A stretch of 64,000 bases of DNA. Origin: Eledone cirrhosa. Its lineage: Eukaryota. The stretch spans positions 41,416,001-41,480,000 of the forward strand of contig OZ024742.1 of assembly GCA_964016885.1 (NCBI GenBank). The letters are read 5' to 3'. Shown here piece after piece: positions 16,811 through 28,850 of the stretch; within the stretch, counting starts at the first letter, position 1; every line of letters starts with the position of its first letter. Under the pieces are notes generated by a model. The model saw nothing but the letters and a program-made list of their open reading frames with translations, did not search any database and had not been told where the DNA came from. The translations under genes and the position numbers were made by a program.

Positions 16811-18156
16811 CATCATCATCATCATCAACGTTTAACGTCCGTGTTCCACGCTTGCATGGGTTTGGACGGGGGTAGTCCCACTTGAGGCAAGAGTGATTGT
16901 CTTGCTCGCATAGGACTGTCTGGCAGGTTTTCTACAGTTGGATGCCCTTCCTAACACCAACCACATTTACAGTGTGGGTCTGGGAGGTTTTTACCGTGTT
17001 GCCTACACGGCCACATTACAGCGTGGACTGTGTGTTTTTTTGTCGTGACACCTACACGATCTCATTTGTTTCGGCCTGGATGGCGCGGCACCAACATAAC
17101 TTTACATAGAACGGGGTGGTGTGGATGGGGTGGGGGTGGCGGCGGGAGGGGTGTATTTTGTTAGAGATGCCTACTGGCAAGGCGGGTCTTCTCTGTTACT
17201 GAGTACCGCCAAAGGTCACGGTCCAGTGACATTGTCTTGGAGAGGTGTAAGTGTGTGAGGTCGGAGTTTATCAGCTCATCCCATGTTTTTCTAGGTCTGC
17301 CTATTCCGTGGCTACCGTCTATCTTTATTGCCCTGCACTTTGTAATACAGCTATCGACTTTCATGCGCATCACGTGTCCATACCAACGCAGCCTTCTCTC
17401 GAGTAAACAACATCTGATCCCTCTTATCTCTAATTTTTTCCTTAGTTCGTTTATGCTTTGCCGTTCACGTATATTACTGTTACACATCCAGCGGAGCATG
17501 CAAGCTTCGTTCCTCTCTAGTCTGCGTATATCCTCTGCACACAATGCCCAGGTCTCACTACCATGCAACATTGCTGTTCGTATGCAGGCATCGTACAACC
17601 TGCCTTTCATTTTTAGGGAGAACCCTTTAGCAGCTAATAGTGGTATAAGCTCTCTGAACTTTTTCCAACCAGTTCTGACTCTAGCTACAGTACTTTCAGA
17701 GCACCCTCCCCCACTGCTGATTTTATCGCCCAGGTAACGGAAGCTGTCCACTATTTCTATAGAACCCTCTGCGCAATTGAAAGAGCTAGTATTTTGTGGG
17801 CACTTGCTGCTACTTATTGCACCAGAACACCGGCCACATGTAAAGTCTATGTTCTTAGTTAGCCTACCTGTGATCCCACTACATCTTTTATGCACCCATA
17901 CTTTGCATTTAGGACATAAGATGGAGTTTCTACCTACGCCTTTCCTACATACCGAGCACGACCATTTCCCAGAAGGGACCGCCGCCTTGTTTTCTTTCCT
18001 ACAAACTAGAACTTTGGTCTTAGCCAGGTTAATTTTAAGTCCTTTTGACTCTAGGCCGTGCTTCCATGTTTGGAATTTCTTCTCTAGCTCGGCCATTGAT
18101 TCCGCTATGAGTGTCAGGTCGTCTGTGTATAGGAGTTCCCATGGGCAGCCTGTCTT
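16811..18156 (-). mobile_element. 5'-truncated RTE LINE (second family), RT C-terminal half with open frame
   Basis: [44 protein letters not shown], followed by a 3' UTR and (GAT)n tail. Confidence 0.92.
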
Positions 18157-18193
18157 ATATATATATATATATGCATAAATATATATATATGCA

Positions 18194-18249
<56 letters not shown>

Positions 18250-18257
18250 TATATGCA

Positions 18258-18293
<36 letters not shown>

Positions 18294-18377
18294 TATATAT
18301 ATATATATATATATATGCATATATATATATATATGCATATATATATATATATGCATATATATATATATATATATGCA

Positions 18378-18414
<37 letters not shown>

Positions 18415-18424
18415 GCATATATAT
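18157..18424. repeat. GC(AT)n microsatellite array
   Basis: Direct reading. Confidence 0.9.
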
Positions 18425-18645
18425 GGAAAGTTATATTTAAATTGTTGGGTTAACAACGAGTAAATATTTATAACTGATATAAAAGCACTCAACAAGTATT
18501 TGGAGTATATTTATGATATTAAATAAATGGAAACTATATTTATAAAACCATATTTATTTCGTTATATATATTTCAGGGATATCATATTAACAATATGTTA
18601 TGCCTTCTTCAGACAAAATACAATATAAACAGTCTTATAAATAAA
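18425..18645 (-). mobile_element. Solo pLTR end related to the PLE at 3491, with an HHR motif
   Basis: Diverged copy of 3491-3713. Minus strand reads CTGAAGA AGGCATAACATATT..AATATGATATCCCT GAAATATATA. Confidence 0.8.
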
Positions 18646-18674
18646 TAGATATGACATACCTTTCAATCACCTTG

Positions 18675-18721
18675 CATTTGGGAGGTTGATTTGGCAGACT
18701 GCCAAATCAACCTCCCAAATG
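18675..18721. repeat. Perfect palindrome with 23 bp arms and a 1 nt loop
   Basis: CATTTGGGAGGTTGATTTGGCAG-A-CTGCCAAATCAACCTCCCAAATG. Confidence 0.95.
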
Positions 18722-19976
18722 TCAATCACTTCTCAGTAATTCACTATGATAATTTAATTATTAGATAGTTGTTGCTTGCATTGCCTTAAAAAATAGTAGA
18801 CCAGATAGAAAAATGCGTACAGCAAAAAAAAGTAATATTGTTGGAATATAAACCTTTAAAAATACAGGACAAGAAACTAAAATAAAACTTTAAAAGAATA
18901 GGACAAGGAACTAAGATAAAACTTTAAAAGAATAGGACAAGAAACTAAGATAAAACTTTAAAGAATTGGACAAGAAACAAAAAATTTTACAATAATATTA
19001 GTGGCAAAATTTTTATTGGTAAAAAATCGAGTTCCACATTCATAGTCTCTGGGTTCCACATTCAGAGGTCGTCGTAAGACCGGGGGATCATTTGATCCTG
19101 GTTTGAACACCAATTGGGCCATAACCATACCCCTATTTCATCATTCGGCGACACGCCTCATGTGTCATGCATAATGTGAATGGACCCATGGGCCCATGAG
19201 CACAGATCTTGAGCAGCAGCGGACGGTCTTGTCGTCCTGCTCATCCTTGATCTTGACCAACCCATCCATCTTCTCCTTGCATCTTGTCCTGGAGTTCAAG
19301 TCCGGCAGTCCAGATGAATGCGTGCCACAGCTTTCTGCTACAGGAATGGGGAGCAGGAGGACTGGAGGGATGACGGGACAGAGGGAGGGAGGACCGGTGG
19401 TTGAGAGAGGTGCCGTAGTCGGTGGTCAGAGTCGACATCTTGTCCTGGTCGTCTTCTCCATCTTCGTCTGGTGTTGCGGGACCAGAAGTGCATTCTTGGA
19501 GGAGACCTGCAGCTGCATCGGCCAATTCTTCTTGCAATGGTCATTCTGACGGAGCAGAACTGCTCAGCCAACCAGAACCAACCAGAACCACCCGCTCAGG
19601 GGCAACGCACAATGAGAGCATGACAATTATTATGCACTAATCAAGAAGATACTGGGGCATAGCACAGGAAACGAATAAAAAAATTTTGCCACTAATATTA
19701 TTGTAAAATTTTTTATTTCTTGTCCAATTCTTTAAAGTTTTATCTTAGTTTCTTGTCCTATTCTTTTAAAGTTTTATCTTAGTTCCTTGTCCTATTCTTT
19801 TAAAGTTTTATTTTAGTTTCTTGTCCTGTATTTTTAAAGGTTTATATTCCAACAATATTACTTTTTTTTGCTGTACGCATTTTTCTATCTGGTCTACTAT
19901 TTTTTAAGGCAATGCAAGCAACAACTATCTAATAATTAAATTATCATAGTGAATTACTGAGAAGTGATTGACATTT
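18717..19976. repeat. ~300 bp near-perfect inverted repeat around a GC-rich ~650 bp spacer
   Basis: 18717-19017 versus ~19674-19976; the arms contain ~34 bp AGGACAAGAAACTAAGATAAAACTTTAAAAGAAT subrepeats. Confidence 0.9.
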
Positions 19977-20166
19977 TAAAGTTCTTTTGAGTATAATTGC
20001 AATCTAGTTGAGGCAACTGGCTTAATGACAAAGCTAGTAAATCATGAATGCATTTGAGATGATTAGTGCATGATAGTGAATTAGTGAAACTTGTGCATTT
20101 CAATGGTGTTACAACAATAGATGTAAGTTATATAGTAGTAATACTTTATCATTTTAACTTTTTAGA

Positions 20167-20526
20167 ATGGACAAAAACCCATGCAAAGAAATGACTTTGA
20201 CTGCAGTGATTCTCTCCAATTTACTTACAAAGCAAAACGTGGTCAAATACCTTATCATCTCTGATAAAATGCCCATTGAATTACTGAAAATCGGATGCAT
20301 GGAATTCCTCATAAAATGCACCTATGAATCGGAAGCCATCACATATATCAATGGATATAGAGAGTTGTTCACACTGGAAGACCATCACTTCATTTGTGAC
20401 TTCATCAGTTATCTCCACGATTATCTCAGACACCCAATGCCATTGATGAGAGGTGATCCAATGTGTGAGCATGTAACTAATCTTATAGAAGTTGTTATCG
20501 ACCACCTGGCTTTTAGTGACATTTGA
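20167..20526 (+). CDS. Hypothetical 119 aa protein
   Basis: Non-repetitive ORF with plausible composition, preceded by an intron-like GTAAGT..TTTTTAG (20123-20165). No family recognised. Confidence 0.3.
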   Translation: MDKNPCKEMTLTAVILSNLLTKQNVVKYLIISDKMPIELLKIGCMEFLIKCTYESEAITYINGYRELFTLEDHHFICDFISYLHDYLRHPMPLMRGDPMCEHVTNLIEVVIDHLAFSDI

Positions 20527-21267
20527 CTGATTTGACTGATAATGATGTATTTTTAAAAAGTATGTGTACATTCTTGTTACTATTTTAAGGCAATGCAAGC
20601 AACAACTATTTAATAAAATTTAAATTTAAAAATGACCATTGTGCATTACTAGTATGATGACATTTTATTAAGTCACAAAATTAGTCAGTCAGCCATAGAA
20701 CAAGGATCAGGTGGCAAAAACATTGGCAAAAATTTGTGTCAATTTAAGATTTCCAACATTGTTCAAATGAATCATATCTGGTTTGAAGTCAGATTTGTCA
20801 AATTTTGACCAATTTTCAATGTTGTGAAGATTGGGCAAGTTCAATTTTTGAATCATTTCTTTCATGCAGTAATTAAACTTTTCCAAACGTCGTCATTTCT
20901 GGATTACCTCCCCTAGCATCACGCTTACTACTCACTCACTTGAACACAAGATTTATCAGCAAACTTTGATTATAAACTTTTTCCCGCTGGACCAAATTTC
21001 TAGATTTTTAAGCCAAAAGATGCGTAATGATCTACTGTTCATGCTCATATAAGTTTTATCTCAGTTAAATAAAGTAGAGCCGCGCTGTACTGTCGTAAAC
21101 AGACGATTGCCAACGAAAACACGACCACAACAATATTACTAAACGGACTACCATCCGTTTAGGATATATATATATGAGAAAGAACATAAATATTATAAAA
21201 TAAATATTTTATATATAAAAAAATTTGGAATACGACAAATAATAAATAAAAAAATATATATATATAT

Positions 21268-22391
21268 TTAGAAAAGGGTATAAATACCCATAACAGACCT
21301 AGAACACTCAACAAGTTCATGGAGCAAAAGATCAATGAAAATAATCATCAAATCACTATATATAATGATGCACATACATACACCCTTATACATATATACA
21401 TATACACACACACATAAATATATATACATACACACGCACACACAAAAAAAATCCAATCACAGAAATACAAACACACATACAAAAACGTATATATACATAT
21501 ATATATATATACACACACACATGGGAAGAAGCCTGCCCCTACGGCAGAGCTCAAGCCTTTACTGAGGCTATTATATAAAAACACACAAAACCATTATATA
21601 AAAAATTAATATCTAAAAATAAAAAATGTTTGGTATGTGAAGGGTAAGGCAAAAAATAGGGGGGAAAAGGAAGGGGGAAAATGACATAGGAAAAGGTTTA
21701 AATATAAGGGGAGATAAGGGAGAAAGAGAATACAAGAGTACAGAACGTGGATTCAGCAGGTAAAAAAACCGTAGTAGAAGTAAAGAGCAGAGAAGGAGTT
21801 CAAGGCAGTTGAGTTATCATAGGAATGTCAATCCAGTTACAGATCAGATGTGATTTCAGATGAGGACAACATCTGAAGATCTCGGTCTTTGAGTTCAGGC
21901 AAGCAGAAGTAGCTTTCAAGTTTAGCAAAATCCTATATTTTTCTGTGGTACACAAAGAACAATTCTTTGTTCTCCTTTGGTACTCCCTCGAATGGTCTAA
22001 AATAGACCAATCGATAGAGTACGGGATGTTTTTATCCTTGAATTCCCACACCTTACTTGCGAGGGCCGTTGTTCGTTTATCTGAGTGCTTAAAAGAAGCG
22101 ACATGTGAGTAAAACCTGGTTTTAAACCTGTCCTGGGTCATGCCGACATATCGCTCACTCCTGGCTGGCTGGTTGTTGATTAAAGGTGTTATTTTAGCCT
22201 CATAAACAACAGATTTGGTGTTACATTTGCCCTGCAATGGGCATTCATCCGGCTTCCTGCAACTGCATCCTGGATTTGTTCTCGTATGATTTGAATTAGT
22301 GATCTTGGACTTCATAGATGGGCAACAAGAGTAACTGATCTTAACTACATTCCTATTAAATATCTTATAATATCTTTGATTAGGAGGAAAA
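21268..22391 (-). mobile_element. 5'-truncated Naiad-type PLE (GIY-YIG ORF 21800..22315)
   Basis: Protein nearly identical to ORF 59926..60444 (CSCRKPDECPL, VVYEA, YVGMT, CSLC, CCPH). The distal 3' UTR boundary is approximate. Confidence 0.88.
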
Positions 22392-22396
22392 TAGAT

Positions 22397-23139
22397 AGGT
22401 ATTTATTTTTGAAGTTCTGGTTAACTTTATTTAGTTACCTACCTAGCTATGTGTGCTTACACACTTGTAAAAATTATCTCCTGTGATTATTCATGTTTAT
22501 TTATATGTTAATCAATTTCTAGTTATTATAAAATGCTCGGACCTATTCGTTAGAATCTTAGAGCTTATTTTGCGGGTGATATGGCGCATGTCTTTCTGGC
22601 ATGACACCCATAATTTTGATTATCTTAATTTTGGATATAGATATATAAATACGGCTCCTTAATTGTAGAGCTAACTCTGTTGAAAGGATTTGACTGCTGT
22701 TTCTAGTTGTCGATAACCCTATTCACGCCACTGTGACGAAGCTGGTATGATGTGTGTATTTCTAGTTGATACAGCACATGTTGCTGGCCAGTCGCTGATT
22801 TGAACTTGAAGTGTAAACATAGATCGCTGGACTTCTTCCTTGTTGAAAATCCAAGTACCAGCCTCCATGGTTTACCATTCGATTAATTGGTGAAATATAT
22901 TTCTTTTATGGAATATATACAGGGAAGATTAATCATATTATAAGGTATCTATTTTTGAAGTTCTGGTTAACTTTATTTAGTTACCTACCTAGCTATGTGT
23001 GCTTACACACTTGTAAAAATGATCTCCTGTGATTATTCATGTTTATTTATATGTTAATCAATTTCTAGTTATTATAAAATGCTCGGACCTATTCGTTAGA
23101 ATCTTAGAGCTTATTTTGCGGGTGATATGGCGCATGTCT
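22397..23139. repeat. 197 bp direct repeat with 546 bp period
   Basis: 22397-22593 and 22943-23139 are nearly identical. Confidence 0.9.
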
Positions 23140-23417
23140 AGCATTGGCCTTGCAATCGAAAGGTTGTGAGTTCAATTCTCAGACTGGGTGATGTGTTGTC
23201 CTTGAGCAAGACACTTTATTTCACTTTGCTCCAGTTTACTCAGCTGTAGAAATGAGATGATAGGACTTGGGTCCCTATCATTCCACTGCAAAGTGGTCGT
23301 GGCGGTGCCACAGAAAAAAAGCACCCAGCACTCACTGTAAATGAGTTTGGTGTTAGGAAGGGCATCCAGCTGTAGAAATCAAGCAGGGAAAAGTGGACGT
23401 AAAATGATGATGATGAT
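23139..23417 (+). mobile_element. tRNA-derived CORE-type SINE with an RTE-derived tail
   Basis: B-box-like GAGTTCAATTC and CORE-like GTCCTTGAGCAAGACACTT. The tail CAAGCAGGGAAAAGTGGACGTAAAATGATGATG matches the RTE end at 16055-16119. Confidence 0.75.
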
Positions 23418-23444
23418 ATTATACATACATATATATATGTATAT

Positions 23445-24094
23445 TGGGAGAAAGGTATGGCATGGCCAACTGGCCAGACCTGTCACATAGCACTGCCACC
23501 AGGTTCCACACAGTAAACATGGTTGGCAGTAGGAAGGGCATCCTGCTGCAAAAATTCCAACCAAAATATAGTTTCGTTTGAGCAAGGTACGGCACGGCCA
23601 ACTGACCAGACATGTCTCATAATGGTGCCACCCAGTTACACACTATAAATATGGTTGGTGGTAGGAAGGGCATTCTGCAGCCGTCTAATCCCAGCCTAAA
23701 CAAGGCCCCCACTATGAGCAAGGCATGGCGCGGGCAACTGGCCAGACCTCTCACATAATGGGATCACCCAGCTCCCAAAATACGGTCCCTCTGTGAGCAG
23801 GGTACAGCATGGCCAACTGGCCTGACACCCATCATAACGGTACCACCCAGTAAACATAGTTGGTGTTAGGAAGGGCATCCAGCCAACACACAGTTCTGAT
23901 ATGTGTAAGGTACAGTGCAGCCATCTGGCCATACTTGTCTCATAACAGGACCACCCTGTAAAATGTGTTTGGTGTTAGGAAGGGCATCGAGCTGTAAAAA
24001 TCCCTCCCAAAATACAGTTCTGTTTGAGTAAGGTATGGCATGATCAACTGGCTAGACTTGTCTCATAACGTGGATTAGACATTAAATGGTGATG

Positions 24095-24095
<1 letters not shown>
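23445..24095 (+). repeat. Degenerate ~120 bp tandem array related to the RTE/SINE 3' UTR
   Basis: About five recurrences of GGCCAACTGGCCAGAC..TGGTGTTAGGAAGGGCATC. Confidence 0.7.
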
Positions 24096-24128
<33 letters not shown>

Positions 24129-24134
24129 TCTTTT

Positions 24135-24920
24135 TCACTCCCTTACTTCTAGGAGGGACTTGGGGAAGAATTTTCAAACAATTTTCAACAGCTCTACTTA
24201 AGAGTGATTCTCTGATCTCTGAGCTACACACTATCAAATAATGTTACTCCAAAGACCCTTTTGAGGAATGCCATTTCAGCTGTTTGTATTCACGATCATA
24301 TTCTTTTAGTCATTATCCAAAATTCATGACCATAGGTAAGGGTTGGCATGAATACCAAATTGGATTTTACACCTATCCCCCTTCTGATGACCGAATGCTG
24401 AAGTTGGCGCATTACTGCACAAGCTCTTGCCATTCTTGCATTTAATTCAGCATCCTGCATTTCATCACTCGTTAACACAACTTCGAGTTACTTGAACTCC
24501 TTCACCTGCTTCAGTGGAACTCTATTCACATGTTGAGTTCACTGCACGGGCTTCCTTGAGAGGATGAGTGTCGCTGTTTTTGCAGCATTGATTTTCATTC
24601 CAGCTGTGCATCAAACCTATCAAGTGCATGTCTGATGAGTTAAGTAATATCATATTGTCTGCAAATTCCAGTCGACTGATCCTACACCCACCAGTCATGA
24701 TACCACTTCCGACCCAGCTGCGCATGTCAATCCTGTTCATGAAGATTATGAATAGGAGAGGTGAAAGTATGTACCCTTAGCAGAATATGACTCCCATATT
24801 GAATGGTTTCGACTTAGAACCATTTATTCGAACACAAATACTATAGCATCTGAATAAACTTCAGGGTAACAAGAAGCTATCCATCAATCCTATACTCCAG
24901 CAACTTTCCACATTTGAGCT
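24135..24920 (-). mobile_element. Degenerate RTE LINE RT fragment
   Basis: LEFADNMILL and PTLTYGHEFW; related to 33700-34270. Confidence 0.75.
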
Positions 24921-24974
24921 CTTTAACTGCTCTTGTGTATATATATATTTATGAATAAATTTGATAGTCTAAAT

Positions 24975-25265
24975 CAGTCATGGGCAACCTGCAGCCCGGG
25001 AAGCTTTCTGAATGGCTTGCCTAAGTCACCTAAGTGAAATCTTTCTGATTTTTTAACCCCAACCTTTCAGTCGTAATTTATCTTTCTATCATTTTTATGA
25101 TCGAGGAAAACAACGTGTACGAATTCTGAAGAAACAAATCAAAACAACCTGAGTTACCGCCCCTTTTTTTAATGTGGGCATGAATGTAAATTAGTGCTTG
25201 TGGCCCACCTGATGATGAGCCATATCTCATGCGGCCCTCTTCTCGAAAAAGGTTGCCCATGCCTG
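24975..25265. mobile_element. Non-autonomous hAT (Charlie-like) element
   Basis: TIRs CAGTCATGGGCAACCT / AGGTTGCCCATGCCTG with a perfect 8 bp TSD GTCTAAAT (24967-24974, 25266-25273). Confidence 0.88.
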
Positions 25266-25289
25266 GTCTAAATTTTTCTTTTTTTTTTC

Positions 25290-25565
25290 AGATATACCCT
25301 TGTATTTGTGAAAAGTGATGCGATTGTGAAACCTAATCACCACAGTTCTAAAGATGTCAAAGTTAACTGAAATGGACAAGTGGAAACCACCTGAATATTG
25401 GAAAAGGGTGACCTGCATCATGATGATTCATGCCAGGATTCAAAATTCCGCAATCATGACAGCTGTTCAATGCTCTTTGAACACTGTGAAAGCAATAAAA
25501 CGTCAAATGGAGAGCTGCAATGGAGACTACAGGGTCGTGGCTTGTAGGAAAGAACACAGCAGAAT
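25290..25565 (+). mobile_element. Putative Tc1/mariner transposase N-terminal fragment
   Basis: ORF 25354.. has an HTH-like stretch (NSAIMTAVQCSLNTVKAIK); family assigned by resemblance only. Confidence 0.35.
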
Positions 25566-25571
25566 ATATAT

Positions 25572-26185
25572 ATCATTATCATCACCGTTTAACATCCATT
25601 TTTCCACGCTACCATGAGTTAAATTAGTTGTCCCGTTCTGAGACAAGCCAGATCAGATGACCATCCTTTGCTCATACAAAACTGATTCTGATTTGGTTTC
25701 TACAGGTGGATGCCCTTCCTAATGCCAACCACATTTACAGTGTGTACTCGGTGCTTATTATCATGGCACCAAAACAACCACTTTACATTGTGGGTCAGGC
25801 ACTTTTTATTGTGACACCTACACGACCACTTTACAACATGGTCTGAGTGCTTTTTGTCATGTCACCAACATGACTACATTAGTGTGGACTGGGTGCTTTT
25901 TGTAATGGGACCAAAACGACCACTTTACAGTGTAGACTGGGGGCTGGGTGGGGGAGGTGTATGGGGATTGGAGAAGTAGATTTAGGGTAGGGCATTTATC
26001 TGGTGATAGGCGGGGTGCAGGGAGGTTGATGAAGGGTGGAGTGTTAAGATGTGGAGTGTTAGGATGTGGGAGGAGGGGAATGTAGGGGAAAGTGGTGTAT
26101 ACTAGATGTATGCTTCAGCCTGAGCACATGGGAAGGCAGGTCTTCTGTATTACAGCATAATGCCAGAAATCTCAATACAAACCTA
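25572..26185 (-). mobile_element. Diverged RTE LINE 3' end
   Basis: GGATGCCCTTCCTAATGCCAACCACATTTACAGTG and a CAT-repeat tail, as in 16811-17200. Confidence 0.7.
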
Positions 26186-26699
26186 ATTTTCATTTGATAT
26201 TACGGTACATCCCCTTCAACATATAAAAAGTTTATAGGATTTTGTGATTGGCCAGTTGCCTAGCTAGCACTTCAGATTTGGATTCTAATTTTTATTTAAA
26301 GGATCTAAAAACTGAACACAGAAGTTTATCATCTCCAAAATTAAGATGATACATCTAATTCCACTTTACTTACAAACAGCTTCAAACTTAATCATAATTG
26401 TTTCTACTTTTGGCACAAGGCCAGCAATTACCAAGTGCATTACTGGTACTTTATTTTATAATCATAATGTGAACAAATTTCAAACACTCTCCAATGACTC
26501 TTTCCTCACAATCTAATCTATCAATGGTGAGATGAGCCTGAGCTTATGTAATGCATTGTTGCTGGAATAAAACAATAGAAGTGTCGAGTTGAAATAAGTT
26601 ACATATATTGAGCGAGGGGGAAGAGAATAAGTTATAGATATAGCAATGGAGGGGAAGAGTGTTACTATTAAATGTTTTCATATTCTTATTAATCATGCT

Positions 26700-28850
26700 T
26701 ATGGAAGTAATTGAAATCCACAGGCCACCTCCATAAATGAAACTTAAGGGTTAATCTGCCCTGTGGTCCTGGCCTATAAGATGGAGAAGACATTGCTCCA
26801 GAGGATGGTGAGGGAGAAGTGTGGAACAGCCACTCCACCTCGTGCGGGCAGCCAACTCTGCTCCGATAGCAGTGAGCAGGGATGTGTCTGGGGATCAAGA
26901 ATGCCGGAATTCTCCACTGCTACAGGCTCAACCACAAACCCATCAGAGAGCAAGCTAATACTTTGACAGTTTGCCCATTTCAGCCTGGCAGGCAGCAAAG
27001 TCTGAATTGGTAGCAGGTTGCCGCTAGAGAAGATATCTTCCGTATGGCTTTTTGCTGTCCCCTTGGTCCAACCCCACCGGCTCGAGCTGGGAAGGGAAAC
27101 CTGCGCTGTCCAGGCCATGCTTTATGATTTCATTGAGAGTAGCATAGCATAGGTTGTGGCCAGCACTAAAACAGTATGAGAGTGGGTGGAGATAAACAAA
27201 ATCCACAGTGGAACCGCAGTGGCATTTGTGAGGCTCACAGATCCGGGGATTGAGCTTCAGGGAAATACCGATATGCAAGCAATCACTGTCCAGATGAATG
27301 CCAGTTGAAAGTTATGGTACTGAGCTGAACTAGGCTCCAGTGTGGGCTTGGGGGGCTGAGCGAAAACATACCAGATGGTACTGGTAGAACTGGTGCTCGA
27401 GCCATCTGAGGTCATGTTTCACTGGATGGCATCCCATTTGTATTGGGGGACGTCTATGGAGGGGAGAGGGGGATGGACGTCTGCAGGGCAGAGGTCAAGC
27501 TAGTTTCATGTTGCCTAGGCTGCCTCACGTTCCCTGATAACAGTAGGTTTAGTTGTGTTGTGGAGAAAACTGTTGATAAGGACACAACAAAAGGTCTCCG
27601 ACAGAAAAAAGCCAGCAGGGCCAGTGAGACTGGAGACTGGTGACCAAAGCTGCCATATCTGATGGGTAACATGGCTTGTTGCTGCCTGGTGTCATCAAAT
27701 TGGGCATGGCATATCTCCTCAGCAGCCCGTCAGATGCAGACATCGAGATCTGTGAGGAGAGATATTTGGCTGTAGCAGGGGACACTGCAGAAGGTGTATA
27801 GGAGCTTGGCATGGCACATTACTTCCTTAACAGAAAGAGTGCCAAGTGGGCATCGATCAGGTCCAGTCGGCTCGTCAGAGTTTGTTGCTGGCAAAGCCTA
27901 GACCTGATGGTAGAGTGAATGGCAGGCAAGATGATCGTTGAATCGAGGATGACGTCTTCTTTAGAGGTCACCTTCTCCTGATGGAGTAATGATCACATGT
28001 TCGAGATGGAGGCTGCGAAGCCCTCTGCATTGTAGTTGACATTAAATGACTTGAGGCCGATCCTCGCCAGAGCGGGAACCACTGATTGGAGATCATGACA
28101 GACACTTTCTGCAGACCCAACTATCATCACATCGTCCAGGTACCAGACGTTGAGAGGGGCAGGGTTGCAACGTTGTCTACTCTGAGAGCGAAGAGGAGGG
28201 GGGGGGGGGACAATGGATTGTCCTGTTGGACGCCGGTTGATGATATTATGATCTTGCCTGCAGTGAGGAGAAACCTGCATAACAGGTAGGCCAGTAGATA
28301 GGTGGATGGGGCACGGCCAAGGCAAGCTTCGAGTAAGTGTCGTGGGGTAGACAGTTGAAGGCATTTCTCATGTCAAGCTTGACGATGAGATGCCTGGAAG
28401 CATTCGCCGCAGGCTCGGATGAACTGTCTAGTGGTGACAGTTCATCAACACGCCTCACCTAGTTCAAGTGCAACAAACTTGAGCTTCCGGGATACATTTC
28501 CTACCACGATGGGTCGTATTCCACCAACTTACTTCCTGAAACAAGTGAGGCGGATCGAAAAGATGAGGCTTCGTGTCCAGGGCGCCGTGAACGAACATGT
28601 TAATGAGGACTACAAGAGCGCTCAGCAAACGGCGCCCGGCTTCGGCAGTGAGGGGGAATAACAAGTCTTTGAGATGGCTGGGTCGGATATCATCAACACC
28701 TCCACTACTGCTGACAGGGAAAGACCTCAGAGCAGAGATGATGTCCTCCTCGGGGTCCACGAACAGCAGTTGAGGGTCAGGTGGGTGTATGAATGTGAGG
28801 TCAGCAGGTGGCTCGGAATGTTTAAGCCGGAGGGCGGTCATGTTGATATA
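26700..28850 (-). mobile_element. Degenerate CRE-clade non-LTR retrotransposon (RT, zinc knuckle, RLE endonuclease)
   Basis: SSGGVDDIRPSHLKDL, IVKLDMRNAFN, VWYLDD, CHCG..HPL..C, LEPVGL..KKPYG and FVVEPVAVENSG, spread across frameshifts. Confidence 0.8.

Noticed and set aside
23139-23190. tRNA gene
   Set aside because: It is the truncated tRNA-like head of a SINE, with no complete cloverleaf.
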